A stretch of 64,000 nucleotides of DNA, from NCBI GenBank assembly GCA_964016885.1, contig OZ024758.1, positions 33,356,001 through 33,420,000 on the forward strand, in the 5' to 3' direction. Origin of the DNA: Eledone cirrhosa (taxonomy: Eukaryota). Shown here in pieces: positions 25,405-38,384 of the stretch. The position numbers and the translations under genes are program-made. Below the pieces are notes generated by a model, which was not told the origin of the DNA, ran no database searches, and worked only from the letters and a program-made list of their open reading frames with translations. Position 1 is the stretch's first letter, and every line of letters starts with the position of its first letter.

Positions 25405-25725
25405 TCATTTCTACAGCTGGATGTCCTTCCTAATGCCAACCACATTTACAGTGTGTACTGGGTGCTTTTTGTTGTGATACCTACACACACAACCACTTTA
25501 CAGTGTGAGCTTGACACTTTTTGTCGTGACTCCCACACAAAAATATATGTATAAATATAAATGTATATAGTGTGGGCTGGGTGCTTTTTATTGTGACACC
25601 TACACGACCACTTTACAGTGTGGTCTGGGTCCTTTTTGTTGTGACACCTACACAACAACTTTACAGTGTGAGCTGGACGATTTCTGTTGTGACACCTACA
25701 CAACCTCTTTAGAGGGTGGGCTGGA
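25405..25725 (-). mobile_element. RTE 3'UTR fragment with internal ~38-bp repeats
   Basis: TTTCTACAGCTGGATGTCCTTCCTAA followed by repeated GTGACACCTACACGACCACTTTACAGTGTG. Confidence 0.75.
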
Positions 25726-26096
25726 GAGTCTAGTAACCTTGTATTATGGTTACTATACCAACAATACAGATTTCACCTTTGATGAGAATCATTTCTGCCA
25801 AACTAATTACTGCTGATAAGGCTTCAAATTATAGAGAGTCTTAAATTACAAAGTTTTGTTCTCTTGCATTGAAACATTGAACCATTTTATTTAGCTGTGA
25901 TAATAGTAATTATTGTTAGTCATCATTGGTATTACTAGATAGAATAACCTAAATGTCAGTCTGTTTATGCCTACTATTTATAACAAGTTTGATTTATATT
26001 CATTTGAATGCTTTACTGAAATCTCAAAGTACAATAACCCTTTTAACACCAAACTGCTTACACTCCTGGTTCTAGGATTCAAATATTTTAAATTTA

Positions 26097-26220
<124 letters not shown>

Positions 26221-26323
26221 ACATAGAGGTAGAACACTGGAAGGTAATATCTGTAGTGGTAGAGCACTCGGTCCATGGGACAAGTTTGGTAGAAGTAGTA
26301 ACACAACAGTTAGTTCACCATAC

Positions 26324-26361
26324 CGAAAACAATTGTTTCACCTTAGCGGATCTTCAGCTCG
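26324..26361 (-). ncRNA. Minimal hammerhead ribozyme with palindromic stem III
   Basis: CGAG-CTGAAGA-T-CC(GCTAA)GG-T-GAAACAATTGTT-TTCG. Confidence 0.7.
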
Positions 26362-27387
26362 TAATGGACATGGTTATACGGAACAGGAAGAACAACCGTA
26401 CGAACGTGCGTGCGCAGAAACAATCAATTCACCCAAGCAATACAAAGTCACGGGTGAAAGGTGTAAGGGAGATAACTGCGAAAGTCCGGTAAAGATGTTC
26501 AAGTTGATTAGAAAATTAAAATGTTGTTATTCAATCCGGAGCTTTTTAGTTATGCGAGAGGTGTTTCCATACATGTGGACAATGGGAGAAGATTTCGATT
26601 CTTGAATTCAGGCAATCTCTATTGTGTAATTTCCTTAGGATATTTATCCCTTCTTCAATACACAGCCCACATGATGGATTTCCCCTTGCGTATGGCTTGG
26701 ACTTAGTGATGGCTTTCCATTGAATGGAGTAGTCTATACCTGAGTCCTTGAGGGACCATACGTGGCTCGTGAGTTTCGTGGATGATCGTTTGTTCGGGTA
26801 CCTAAAGGTCGACTGGTGGTTCAGGAAGCGTTCCTTAAATTGGCCCTCCGCCATACCCACATAGGATTTCACCTCCTGTGGTTGATTTGGTCGGTTGGAA
26901 GTGACCACAGCTTCATAAACTACAGTGGGTGTGTTGCATTGCTGTTGAAGGGGACAAGCTTCAGGCTTTTGGCAAGAGCAGCCTGGTGGGGTGCCGCTCT
27001 TAGGACTGTTGGTGATGTGGGCCTTCATATTCTTAGCGCGGGCACCCTACTATAACACAGCGTTAGCTAACAGCGGCTTCTCGCAACCAATCACTTACTC
27101 TCCCACTAACAACAACAGGAATAAGAAAAGAAATCGTAACAATAGACAAACTATCTGGTTCTCTCCTCCCTTCTCACTCAACATTAAAACTAATGTAGGA
27201 AAAATCTTTTTAGCCTTCTTAGATAGACACTTTTCCATAGGTCACAAATACTGCTCCATCTTTAACAGACACAGAGTAAAACTAAGGTACACCTTTCGCC
27301 CATGGCTTTGTATCGCTTGGGTGAAGTGACCATTTTTGTGCATGTGCGTTCATACGGTTGTTCTTGTTCTGTATAACCATCACCAGT

Positions 27388-27427
27388 CCGAACTGAAGAT
27401 CCGCTAAGGTGAAACAATTGTTCTTGG
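27388..27427 (+). ncRNA. Minimal hammerhead ribozyme (inverted-repeat copy)
   Basis: CCGAA-CTGAAGA-TCCGCTAAGGT-GAAACAATTGTT-CTTGG; core identical to the 26324 copy. Confidence 0.65.
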
Positions 27428-27498
27428 TATGGTGAACTAACTGTTGTGTTACTACTTATATATATATATACATATATATATATATTTAATATAGAAAT

Positions 27499-27549
27499 GG
27501 TTTCTACAGGATTAGAACTGTTTCATTTGAAGGAAATCATCAGGAAAGC

Positions 27550-27551
<2 letters not shown>
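27499..27551 (-). ncRNA. Hammerhead-like ribozyme between TA tracts
   Basis: TTTC-CTGATGA-TTTCCTTCAAAT-GAAACAG(TTCTAATC)CTG-TA-GAAA; stems I and III pair, cleavage triplet GUA, stem II weak. Confidence 0.6.
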
Positions 27552-27583
<32 letters not shown>

Positions 27584-28044
27584 TATATATTCCCTCAATT
27601 TCCAGGAGGTCCAGGTAAATTCTTTTCTTTAACCTGTTTAGCTTGCTTCGTTTTTTCAGTTCTGGAGGCTAATAGCTTCATGACCGCCGTTTTCAGTTTG
27701 TTTGGCCTCTATAACGTATGTTAATTGCTCTAGTCTTCTTTTAGTCCATTGAGCGCTTGCCGCATATCTTGAAAATTGCGTTTCGCTTTGTTTTTGACCA
27801 CAGCCGAAATGCGATCTCGCTGAAATTATATTTGTATATATATATATATATATATATGTATATAACATATATATGTATATATAGGAGGAAATTGTAGTTT
27901 ACTTGAAGCATTGCGTAGTTAGGTATAAACGTTTGGAGTTGGAAGGCCAAAACAATGCAGGTATGGATATAGAATATAAATACAAATGTAAAAGATATTG
28001 TTGACAATTAGTCTTTTACCTTAAATTTATTTGAATATCCTTAA

Positions 28045-28468
28045 TTTTCAAGATAATATACTCCCACCCTTTTCCCAAGCGTTCCATGCCAATCTTTTGT
28101 CACTAATGGCCTTATCTACTGCGCTGTTCCACCACCAGGTCACTCTGTCTGGTTGGAGCTCTGCTCCAGCCACAAGTTTCATCAGTAGCCTGCAGTAAGT
28201 TGTCACATAAGAAATTCCAATTATCTATGTCATACGACTCTAAATCGTCTTCTTTTTCGTCATTCACATCTTGAAGGGCTTTCCTAAATTTGTATTTTAG
28301 TGAAAGGTCTTTTAGCTTCCAGACCTTTCTTCTCCACACCTTCCTGTATGTCTCATTCCATCTCTTGCTTACTGAGATATCACTAACGACTAGCCTATGC
28401 TGTGGAGTACATTCTTCCCCAGAGTATGCCCTGGTATTTGACACCATCTGCCTGTCCCGCTGCCTAAC

Positions 28469-28470
<2 letters not shown>
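28045..28470 (-). mobile_element. RTE LINE internal fragment (end of AP endonuclease and linker)
   Basis: GEECTPQHRLVVSD..RKVWKLKD..ATDETCG..TWWWN in ORF 28112-28558 and the adjacent frame. Confidence 0.85.
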
Positions 28471-28502
<32 letters not shown>

Positions 28503-28891
28503 AACGTTTGTAGTTGTAAGGCCAAAACAATGCTATGTATATATATCCATACCTGCATTGTTTTGGCCTTACAACTACAAACGTTTATACCTCATTACAC
28601 AATGCTTCAAGTGAACTATAACTTCCTCCTTCTGTATATATATGTATATATATGTATGCATATATATGTATATACATATATATACATACGTATGTATATG
28701 TACATATGTATGTATGTATATGTATGTATGTATATATATGTATGTAGGATTAAAATACTGGAGCGTGTTGGAGTTAAACACCCTCTTCGTATTATAGAAA
28801 TGACAGTAAAAGGTATAGCTCAATGTAATTAAACAGAGCCGAAGAATTATGAAAATAAAACAAAGAAGCCTTCAATACATCAAAAGTCTTT

Positions 28892-28936
28892 ATTAGCCAA
28901 CAATGTTTCGTCCTATTAAGACTCATCAGGGCAATC
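28892..28936 (-). ncRNA. Type I minimal hammerhead ribozyme
   Basis: GCC-CTGATGA-GTCTT(AAT)AGGAC-GAAAC(ATT)GTT-GGC: canonical core, all three stems, cleavage triplet GUU. Confidence 0.8.
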
Positions 28937-28939
28937 AAT

Positions 28940-29457
28940 ATGTGTATATATGTATGTATATATATGTATATGTATGTATGTATGTATGTATATATATGTA
29001 TGTATGTATATGTATGTATGTATGTGTGTATGTATGTGTGTATGTATGTATGTATATGTATATATGTATGTGTATATATGTATGTGTATATATGTGTGTG
29101 TATATATGTGTGTATATATATGTGTGTATATGTGTGTATATATGTGTGTGTGTATATATGTGTGTGTATATATATGTGTATATATATATATATGTGTATA
29201 TATATATATGTGTGTATATATATGTGTATATATATATATATGTGTATATATATGTGTGTATGTATATATATGTGTGTATGTATATATATGTGTGTATGTA
29301 TATATATGTGTGTATATATATATATGTGTGTATATATATATATGTGTGTATATATATATATGTGTGTGTATATATGTGTGTATATATATATGTGTGTGTG
29401 TATATATATATATATATGTGTGTATATATGTATGTATATACATACATATATATATAC
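28940..29457. repeat. Compound (TA)/(TG) microsatellite
   Basis: Directly visible. Confidence 0.97.
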
Positions 29458-30015
29458 ATGGTGGCTGCCAACTCGTTTTCGAGTACGGCCACTACTTTAT
29501 ATCCATGTAGCAGAACCCCTACCAATGCGCTGAACAAGTGTGACTTTTTAGTCCAGCCAGCGACTTGAAAACTCTGGTACAAACACTACACTTGTGACAA
29601 TTACTGACACATAGTGCTGGGCCCATGGTACCATGTGATGACAAGTGCAGAGAGATCTCCAGATATAAAGCAATGCCTGTGCCGTGAAGTTTTTATAGTG
29701 AGCAAAGGCACTGCACAAATCCAGTCCCACTCTCTTAACCAAGATGATATTTACCAAAAAGAAGAACAAGTCAACATCATTGGATACCATCCGGGTTGCA
29801 GGTGTTATATCAGAGTTTTCCTTCTCCTAGAATTCTGCCTTGACAAAGGCTAAGGGGTCATCTCTCCCGGTGATTTTGGATGGCCATTGACTCTTAAGAG
29901 CTCCTTTTCCCTTTGACAGGTTTTGTTTTTAGTCCTGCAGGATGTCCAAAGTCACCCTCCTCACCAGGAAACCTTGGTGGGGTTGCCAGTTTAGTCGCCA
30001 ACAACCCGACCATGA
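29458..30015 (-). mobile_element. Bipartite non-autonomous RTE derivative (5'UTR plus C2H2 finger and 3' end)
   Basis: 5' part has CTAGGAGAAGGAAAACTCTGA (RTE 5'UTR-like); 3' part encodes [25 protein letters not shown]; terminal hairpin ACTCG-AAAA-CGAGT; second copy at 61224. Confidence 0.65.
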
Positions 30016-30017
30016 AA

Positions 30018-30126
30018 CATATATATATATATATACATACATATACATACACATACATATACATATATATACATACATATACATATATATACATATATAT
30101 ACATATATATATATACATATATATAC

Positions 30127-30157
<31 letters not shown>

Positions 30158-30158
30158 C

Positions 30159-30235
<77 letters not shown>

Positions 30236-30250
30236 CATACATATATATAC

Positions 30251-30309
<59 letters not shown>

Positions 30310-30310
30310 C

Positions 30311-30350
<40 letters not shown>
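30018..30350. repeat. (TA)n/(CA) microsatellite
   Basis: Directly visible. Confidence 0.97.
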
Positions 30351-30354
<4 letters not shown>

Positions 30355-31048
30355 TCATCATCATCATCGTTTAACGTCCGTGTTCCACTCTTGCATGGGT
30401 TTGGACGGGGGTTTTCCCACTTGAGGCAAGAGTGATTGTCTTGCTCGCATAGGACTGTCTGGCGGGTTTTCTACAGCTGGATGCCCTTCCTAACACCAAC
30501 CACATTTACAGTGTGGGGCTGGGAGGTTTTTACCGTGTTGCCTACACGGCCACATTACAGCGTGGACTGTCTGGCGGGTTTTCTACAGCTGGATGCCCTT
30601 CCTAACACCAACCACATTTACAGTGTGGGGCTGGGAGGTTTTTACCATGTTGCCTACACGGCCACATTATAGCATGGACTGTGTGTTTTTTTTGTCGTGA
30701 CACCTACACGATCTCATTTGTTTCGGCCTGGATGTTGTGGCACCAACATAACTTTACATTGAAAGGGGCGATGTGGATGGGGTAGGGGTGGTGGGACGGG
30801 GGTGTATTTTGTTAGAGATGCCTACTGACTGTAGTAGGTTTTACTTTGTATTTAGGTAAGACGTGTCTTCTCTATTACTGAGTACCGCCAAAGGTCTCGG
30901 TCCAGTGACATTGTCTTGGAGAGGTGTAAGTGTGTGAGGTCGGAATTTATCAGCTCGTTCCAGGTTTTTCTGGGTCTGCCTACTCCGTAGCTACCGTCTA
31001 TCTTTATTGCCCTGCACTTTGTTATACAGCTGTCGTCTTTCATGCGCT
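30351..31048 (-). mobile_element. 5'-truncated RTE LINE (same subfamily as 9404-10790)
   Basis: RMKDDSCITKCRAIKIDG..GRPRKTW..VIEKTRLT; the same 110-bp 3'UTR duplication; (GAT)n tail. Confidence 0.92.
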
Positions 31049-31049
31049 T

Positions 31050-32476
31050 CAATTGCCAATTCTGCAATGCTACAAAGTGGGCTGGGGAGCCACCTGTAAT
31101 GTGCTGCTTAAATGGTAAGGTCACCTTGCCCCTCTTACGGAACCGCCAGAGCCTTTGAAGGAACTACTGACTGGTTATACCTCAAGGTCAAAAAAAAAAA
31201 ACCCTGATCCCCCCAATAAAAAACGATCCTGGGGGTACCGGAAAAACTTTTGTAACGAATTTGATTCTCGCTAAGATTCGTCAGGAGAAAAAAGTTGCAT
31301 CGTCTGGGATCGCTGCTACTTTGCTGCCGGGAGGCAGGACAGCACATTCAACCTTTAAACTCCCTTTGGATTTAGTAAAAACTGAGACACCAACATGCAA
31401 TATCAGCAAGAGTTCACACAAAGCTATGGTTCTCAAAAGATGTTGCCTCATTGTTTAGGATGAGTGCACAGTGGCACACAAGGGTGCCCTTGAGGCATTG
31501 GACAAGGCCCGGAAAGACATTAGGGATTCTACGGCTCCTATGGGTGGCGTAACCCTTCTGCTATCAGGGGATTTTCGGAAAATGCTGCCTGTCATCCCCA
31601 AATGGACAAGAGCTGATGAAGTGCGTGCCTGTCTTAAGTCGTCCATGTTGTGGCTCCAGGTGAATAGTTTGTACCTGAGCACAAATATGCATGCTCATTT
31701 GCATGGTGACAACATGTCTGCAGCACAGAACATTTTAGCACTTGGTGAGGGCAAGATCCCTGCGAATGACAAGGGCGGCATAGCAATCGACACCCTGTGC
31801 AACATTGTGAGCAGCCCTTCTGACCTTTGGGAAGCAGTTTTTCCTAATGTCTCATCTAACTTTAAAAACCTCGATTGGCTCAGCGAAAGAGCCATCCTTG
31901 CTCCGAAAAATACCATGGTTAATTTTATTAACGAGCAGCTGATTGAGAAGATTCCCGGTAAAGAGCACATCTTCAAATCAGACCCCGATGATATCGTTAA
32001 TTATCCGGTTGAGTTATTAAATCTCCTTGAGACCCCAGGGCTCCCACCTCACATTATTAAGCTTAGGGTTGGCTGTCCCATTATGCTAATAAGGAACTTG
32101 CGTCCACCAAAGCAGTGCAATGGTACTCGCATGGTCGTCAAGTCACTGACACCCACTTGATTGAGGCCACCATTGTAACGGGGTGCGGAAGAGGGGAGAA
32201 TGTTTTCATTCCAAGGATGAACCTTTTCCCCTTGGCGTCAGATATCCCGTTCAATTTCCGGCGATCACAATTCCCGGTCTACTAAATTCGCTATTGGAAG
32301 ATTATTAACCCATCATTGATTGACCAAAATGCTAATTGGTTCGTAACTTTTAATAACCGGTTCAACTGCTTTATGCACTTAATTGATAAGCTTATTCGCT
32401 TTCAAACCACGTTTACCTGTATGTAACTTTTCATAGCAAATGAACAAACCCCAGCAACGCCGGGCTAAACTGCTAG
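31050..32476 (+). mobile_element. Internally deleted Helitron (Zn finger + PIF1-like helicase; Rep missing)
   Basis: CQFCNATKWAGEPPVMCCLNGKVTLP; Walker A PGGTGKTF; ASSGIAATLLPGGRTAHSTFKLP; GDFR; RAILAPKN; LIRNL..CNGTR; 3' hairpin CCCAGC-AAC-GCCGGG, then CTAG|T. Confidence 0.93.
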
Positions 32477-34134
32477 TATATATATATATATGTATATGTA
32501 TGTGTATATATGTATATATGTATGTATATGTATGTGTATATATATATATATGTATGTGTATATGTATATATATGTATGTGTATATGTATATATATGTATG
32601 TGTATATGTATATGTATGTGTATATGTATATGTATGTGTATATGTATGTGTATATGTATATGTATGTGTATATGTATATGTATGTGTATATGTATATATA
32701 TGTATGTGTATATGTATATATATGTATGTGTATATGTATATATATGTATGTGTATGTGTATATGTATGTATGTGTATATGTATATATATGTATGTGTATA
32801 TGTATATATATGTATGTGTATATGTATATATATGTATGTGTATATGTATATATATGTATGTGTATATGTATATATATGTATGTGTATATGTATATATATG
32901 TATGTGTATATGTATATATATGTATGTGTATATGTATATATATGTATGTGTATATGTATATATATGTATGTGTATATGTATGTATGTGTATATGTATGTG
33001 TATATGTATATATATGTATGTGTATATGTATATATATGTATGTGTATATGTATATATATGTATGTGTATATGTATATATATGTATGTGTATATATATGTA
33101 TGTGTATGTGTATATATATGTGTGTATGTGTATATATATGTATGTGTATGTGTATATGTATATGTATGTATATGTATTTATATGTATATGTATATGTATG
33201 TATATATGTATGTATATGTATGTATATATATATGTATATATGTATATGTATGTATATGTATGTATATATATATATGTGTATGTATATATATATGTATATG
33301 TATGTATATGTATGTATATATGTATGTATATGTATGTATATATATATGTATATGTATGTATGTATATGTATGTATATATATATGTATGTATATGTATGTA
33401 TATGTATGTATATGTATGTATATATATATGTATATGTATGTATATGTATATGTATGTATATATATATATGTATGTATATATATATATGTATATGTATGTA
33501 TATATATATGTATATGTATGTATATATATATGTATATGTATGTATATATATATATGTATATGTATGTATATATATATATGTATATGTATGTATATATATA
33601 TATGTATATGTATGTATATATATATATGTATATGTATGTATATATATATATGTATATGTATGTATATATATATATGTATATGTATGTATATATATATGTA
33701 TATGTATGTATATATATATATATGTATATGTATGTATAGATATATGTATATGTATGTATATGTATGTATAGATATATGTATATGTATGTATATGTATATA
33801 TAGATATATGTATATGTATGTATATATATATGTATATGTATGTATATATATATGTATATGTATATGTATGTATATATATATGTATATGTATGTATATATA
33901 TGTATATGTATGTATATATATATGTATATGTATGTATATATATATGTATATGTATGTATATGTATGTATATGTATGTATGTATGTATATATATATATGTA
34001 TATGTATGTATGTATATATATGTATATGTATGTATGTATATATATATGTATGTATATATATATGTATATGTATATATATATGTATGTATATATATATATG
34101 TATATGTATATATATATGTATATGTATATATGTA
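32477..34134. repeat. Long TATG/TA compound microsatellite
   Basis: Directly visible, about 1.65 kb. Confidence 0.97.
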
Positions 34135-35820
34135 TCATCATCATCATCATTTTACGTCCGCTTTTCCCTGCTTGCAAGGGTGGGACGGGTCTTATTCAGC
34201 ACAGCATCTCTCCACTCGTCACGGTCCATCTGTGAGCTTCAATGATCTGAGGTCTGTTCTCACCACCTCCGCCCATGTTTTTCGTTGTCTACCTCTACTA
34301 CGTCTTCCTTCAACTGGCATTTCCTGGCACTTCTTCACCCATCGGTCATCCTCCATGCGCATCACATGTCCATACCACCTCAGTCTCCTCTCCCGTACAC
34401 TACATTCTATCCCTCTCAGACACAGTTTCTCTCTCAACAAATTTATGCTGGGTCGTTCACGCACATTTACACTGCACATCCAATGGAGCATGCTTGCCTC
34501 ATTTCTCTCCAGCTGTCGCATATCTTCTGCGGTAGCTGCCCATGTCTCACTACCATGCAGCATCGCGCTCCTCACACAGGCATCATACAACCGGCCTTTC
34601 GTACGCAGGGAGAAACCCTTCTTCGTCAACAGAGGAAGCAGCTCCCTAAACTTCTTCCAACCCGTCCTTATTCTAGATACTATGGCCTCGGAACACCCTC
34701 CTCCCATGCTAATCTGATCTCCTAGGTACCGGAAGCTATCCACCACTTCTATAGCGCCCTCTCGCATTTGAAAAATGTGTCTATCAGTGCGACTTCTACT
34801 GTCTAATTTCCCTGTACATCTACTGCATACATATTTCTCCCTACCTGTTAGTTTGCCTGCTATCCCGCTACATCTTTTGTGTACCCAGGACCTACATTGT
34901 GTGCATTTTATAGAATTTATGCCAGTTCCTTTTCTGCATATCGAACATGGCCATTTCCCTGACGGAATCAGGGTTTTGTCCTCTTTTCTACTCATCAACA
35001 CTTTTGTCTTAGCTAGATTTACTCTCAGTCCTCTTGCTTCCAACTGCTGTTTCCATAGCCGGAATTTATTCTCTAGCTCCTCTACTGATTCTGCCATAAG
35101 AGCCAGATCGTCAGCATAGAGAAGTTCCCATGGACAACCAGTCTTAAACTCCTCTGTTATGGCTTGGAGGACTATAATGAACAAGAGCAGGCTGAGGACC
35201 GAACCCTGATGTACTCCTACTTGTATCTGGAATTCCTCACTAAACTCCATTCCTACCCTGACTTTACTGAGAGTACCTCTGTACAAAGTTTGCACTGTCC
35301 TTACAAGCCATTCCTCAACACCCAGCTTCCTTAGGGACCACCAGATGACAGATCGGGGTACCCTATCAAAGGCCTTCTCTAGGTCAACAAAGGCCAAGTA
35401 TAGTGGCTTATTCTTCTCTAAGAACCTCTCTTGCATTTGTCTCACCAAGAAGAGGGCATCTGTTGTACTCTTCCCAGGCACAAAACCAAACTGCATCTCA
35501 TCTAGTTTGACCCTTTCTCTAATTAGTTGTGCTAAAATCCTTTCTGCCACTTTCATAACCTGATCTATCAGTTTTATACCCCTATAATTGCTCCTCTCCA
35601 AAGCATCCCCTTTACCTTTGTAGCAATTTATGAGAATACTGCTGCACCAGTCTTTGGGTATGACACCACCATATATAGCCTGATTGATGATGCGTGCAAC
35701 CAGTTTAGTGCCTACGTCCCCTGATGCCTTCAGCATCTCAGCAACTATTCCCGATGGTCCGGCCGCCTTACCATTTTTCATTTCCCTAATCGCCTCTTGG
35801 ACCCTATATTCGTCAATCTC
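34135..35820 (-). mobile_element. RTE LINE 3' half with an open RT frame (~530 aa)
   Basis: [49 protein letters not shown], Cys-rich insert, RLRWYGHV; (GAT)n tail. Confidence 0.95.
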
Positions 35821-36425
35821 GTATATGTATGTATATATATATGTATATGTATATATATATGTATATATATATGTATATGTATATATGTATATGCATGTAT
35901 ATGTATGTATATATATATGTATATGTATATGTATGTATATGTATGTATATATATATGTATGTATATATATATGTATATGTATATATATGTATATGTATGT
36001 ATATATATATGTATATGTATATGTATGTATATATATATGTATATGTATGTATATATATATGTATGTATATATATATGTATGTATATATATATGTATATGT
36101 ATGTATATGTATATGTATGTATATGTATATGTATGTATATGTATATGTATGTATATGTATATGTATATATATGTATATGTATGTATATATATATGTATAT
36201 GTATGTATATATATATGTATATGTATGTATATATATATGTATATGTATGTATATATATATGTATATGTATGTATATATATATGTATATGTATGTATATAT
36301 ATATGTATATGTATGTATATATATATGTATATGTATGTATATATATATGTATATGTATGTATATATATATGTATATGTATGTATATGTATGTATATATAT
36401 ATGTATATGTATGTATATATATATG

Positions 36426-36458
<33 letters not shown>

Positions 36459-36990
36459 GGATGTATATATATATATATATGTATGTATATATATATGTAT
36501 ATGTATGTATATATATATGTATATGTATGTATATGTATATGTATATGTATGTATATATATATGTATATGTATGTATATGTATATGTATATGTATGTATAT
36601 ATATATGTATATGTATGTATATATATATGTATATGTATGTATATATATATGTATATGTATGTATATATATATGTATATGTATGTATATATATATGTGTAT
36701 GTATGTATATATATATATGTATGTATATATATATATATATGTATGTATATATATATGTATATGTATGTATGTATATATATATGTATATGTATGTATGTAT
36801 ATATATATGTATGTATGTATATGTTTGTATATGTATATGTATGTATATATATATGTATGTATATGTATATGTATGTATATATGTATGTATATATGTATGT
36901 ATATGTATGTATATGTATATGTATGTATATATATGTATATGTGTATGCATGTATATATATATATGTATATATACACACACACACATATAT
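35821..36990. repeat. Long TATG/TA compound microsatellite
   Basis: Directly visible. Confidence 0.97.
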
Positions 36991-37154
36991 AGTAGTGAAA
37001 GAGTGAAGACTAAGATGGTCGGCTGTACAAAAACGGTTTTATTTCAAGTATTAACAATTGTTTCATTGATCAGGTGAGTCTAAAGGCCGCTAATCACTGG
37101 AAGTTGCGTCGACCTTAAATACAGTGTTTACCTCTGATCAAATCATCGGAATAC

Positions 37155-37290
37155 TCGAGGTTTTACATATCAGTGGATGGTCTGACCAGACATGGTAAAA
37201 TACATGAAAACAAACCTCACGTGATAGGAATCTGCAAAACAACAAAAGTGGGACTGAAAAGTCACCTTCGTGTACGTGACCGTGCAATAA
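37155..37290 (+). pseudogene. Remnant of tandem C2H2 fingers (probable RTE C-terminus)
   Basis: RGFT/SVDGLTRHGKIHENKPHVIGICKTTKVGLKSHLRV. Confidence 0.45.
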
Positions 37291-37994
37291 CTTGCAGTAA
37301 AAGGTTAGATGGTAGAAGTATGTGGTGAGCTGTACTCCAGTTATATTTGTAAAAAACACTAAACACCTCTTGCACACACAACAGTAAAGAAAGCAAGTAG
37401 CAAGTAAGGAGAAAACTTGGTGATGGAACAACAAACTAATTAGTGGTGTACAGTGTTAAAATTGGATGTTATCACTAAAGATACACTGTAAAAATATATC
37501 AACAGTCTGTATGTAATCTTCAATTCTTGGCTGCTCATATTTGTTGATTATGCTAGTTCCAGAGTTTGTAATACATTGGAGCACTGTCAGTTTATTTCAT
37601 ATACTCTTACACATTTTATACACCTGTAGTTTTATATTTGCAGTAATATATTAAATTTGTATTAATTTCCTATATACTTAACATGGCCATTTTTTCTTAA
37701 TGATCTTTATCTTTAACAGCTCCATATTCTCCATCACTAACTACCTTATCTTTCCTCAGCCAAAAACATGTTTGCATTAGCTCTAATATATTAAGTTGTA
37801 TGTTTGTATTGCACAATGAAAATAAAACTGAAGTTGATGATAGGTTTTTAATTCGATCATTGTTTTATTATTGTTTCAGTGGGTTGATCGATCATATTGC
37901 ATCGATATATTGACTAATGACAAGCAGGTAGTGGTTAGTTCACTACCTGTTACTAGTCTCGAAATCCCTGATTCATCACTCCGCCTTCAGCATA

Positions 37995-38230
37995 CTGGTG
38001 CCATGACAAAAAGAACAACCTAGTTCACACTGTGAGGTTCTAGTGCTGGTGTCACGAAAAAAGCTCCTAGTCCTTGATGTAAAATGGTTGGTATTAGGAA
38101 GGGCATCCAGCCATAGAAAGCTAAGCCTAAAATGAAATGTATAAACAAGATGCGATCACCTGAGCTGTCTAGCCTCATAACATAACAGCCTGTCTAATAT
38201 GTTAACATAGAAAACAGATGTTAAACTATG
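37995..38230 (+). mobile_element. Old RTE 3'UTR fragment
   Basis: GGTTGGTATTAGGAAGGGCATCCAGCCATAGAAA motif. Confidence 0.65.
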
Positions 38231-38384
38231 GCTATGACAATGGAAAAATATAGTGTTTCCCATCTGTGATTCTATATTGATCGTGTGAATATCATGGAAA
38301 AGAACAGTTCTTCTATTCTGTCTGTGTTAATTGAATAAGAAAAAAACTAAATATCAGCAGCAGTATCATATTCAGTATCATTAC

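Larger units (their letters stand above)
26292..27457 (-). mobile_element. Penelope-like element fragment: GIY-YIG (-), inverted linker (+), inverted terminal repeats
   Basis: ORF 26546-27028 CSC..CPL..C..VVY..YVG..FKERF..H..CGLC..E..LNSR.E..CPH; + strand IWFSPPFSLNIKTNVGK..FNR; 26292-26463 is an imperfect reverse complement of 27289-27457. Confidence 0.88.

Noticed and set aside
31471-32160. Host PIF1 helicase gene
   Set aside because: Contains stops and frameshifts, is intronless, and has a Helitron Zn finger and a hairpin-CTAG end.
37045-37075. Additional hammerhead (CTGATCAATGAAACAATTGTT, minus strand)
   Set aside because: Stem II is missing and the core is altered; counted only as a remnant.
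28903-37077. Tyr/Ile/Met/Cys/His-rich ORFs, including the N-terminal ~390 aa of the 921-aa ORF
   Set aside because: Translations of TA/TG microsatellites; only the RTE portion (34219-35820) is real coding sequence.
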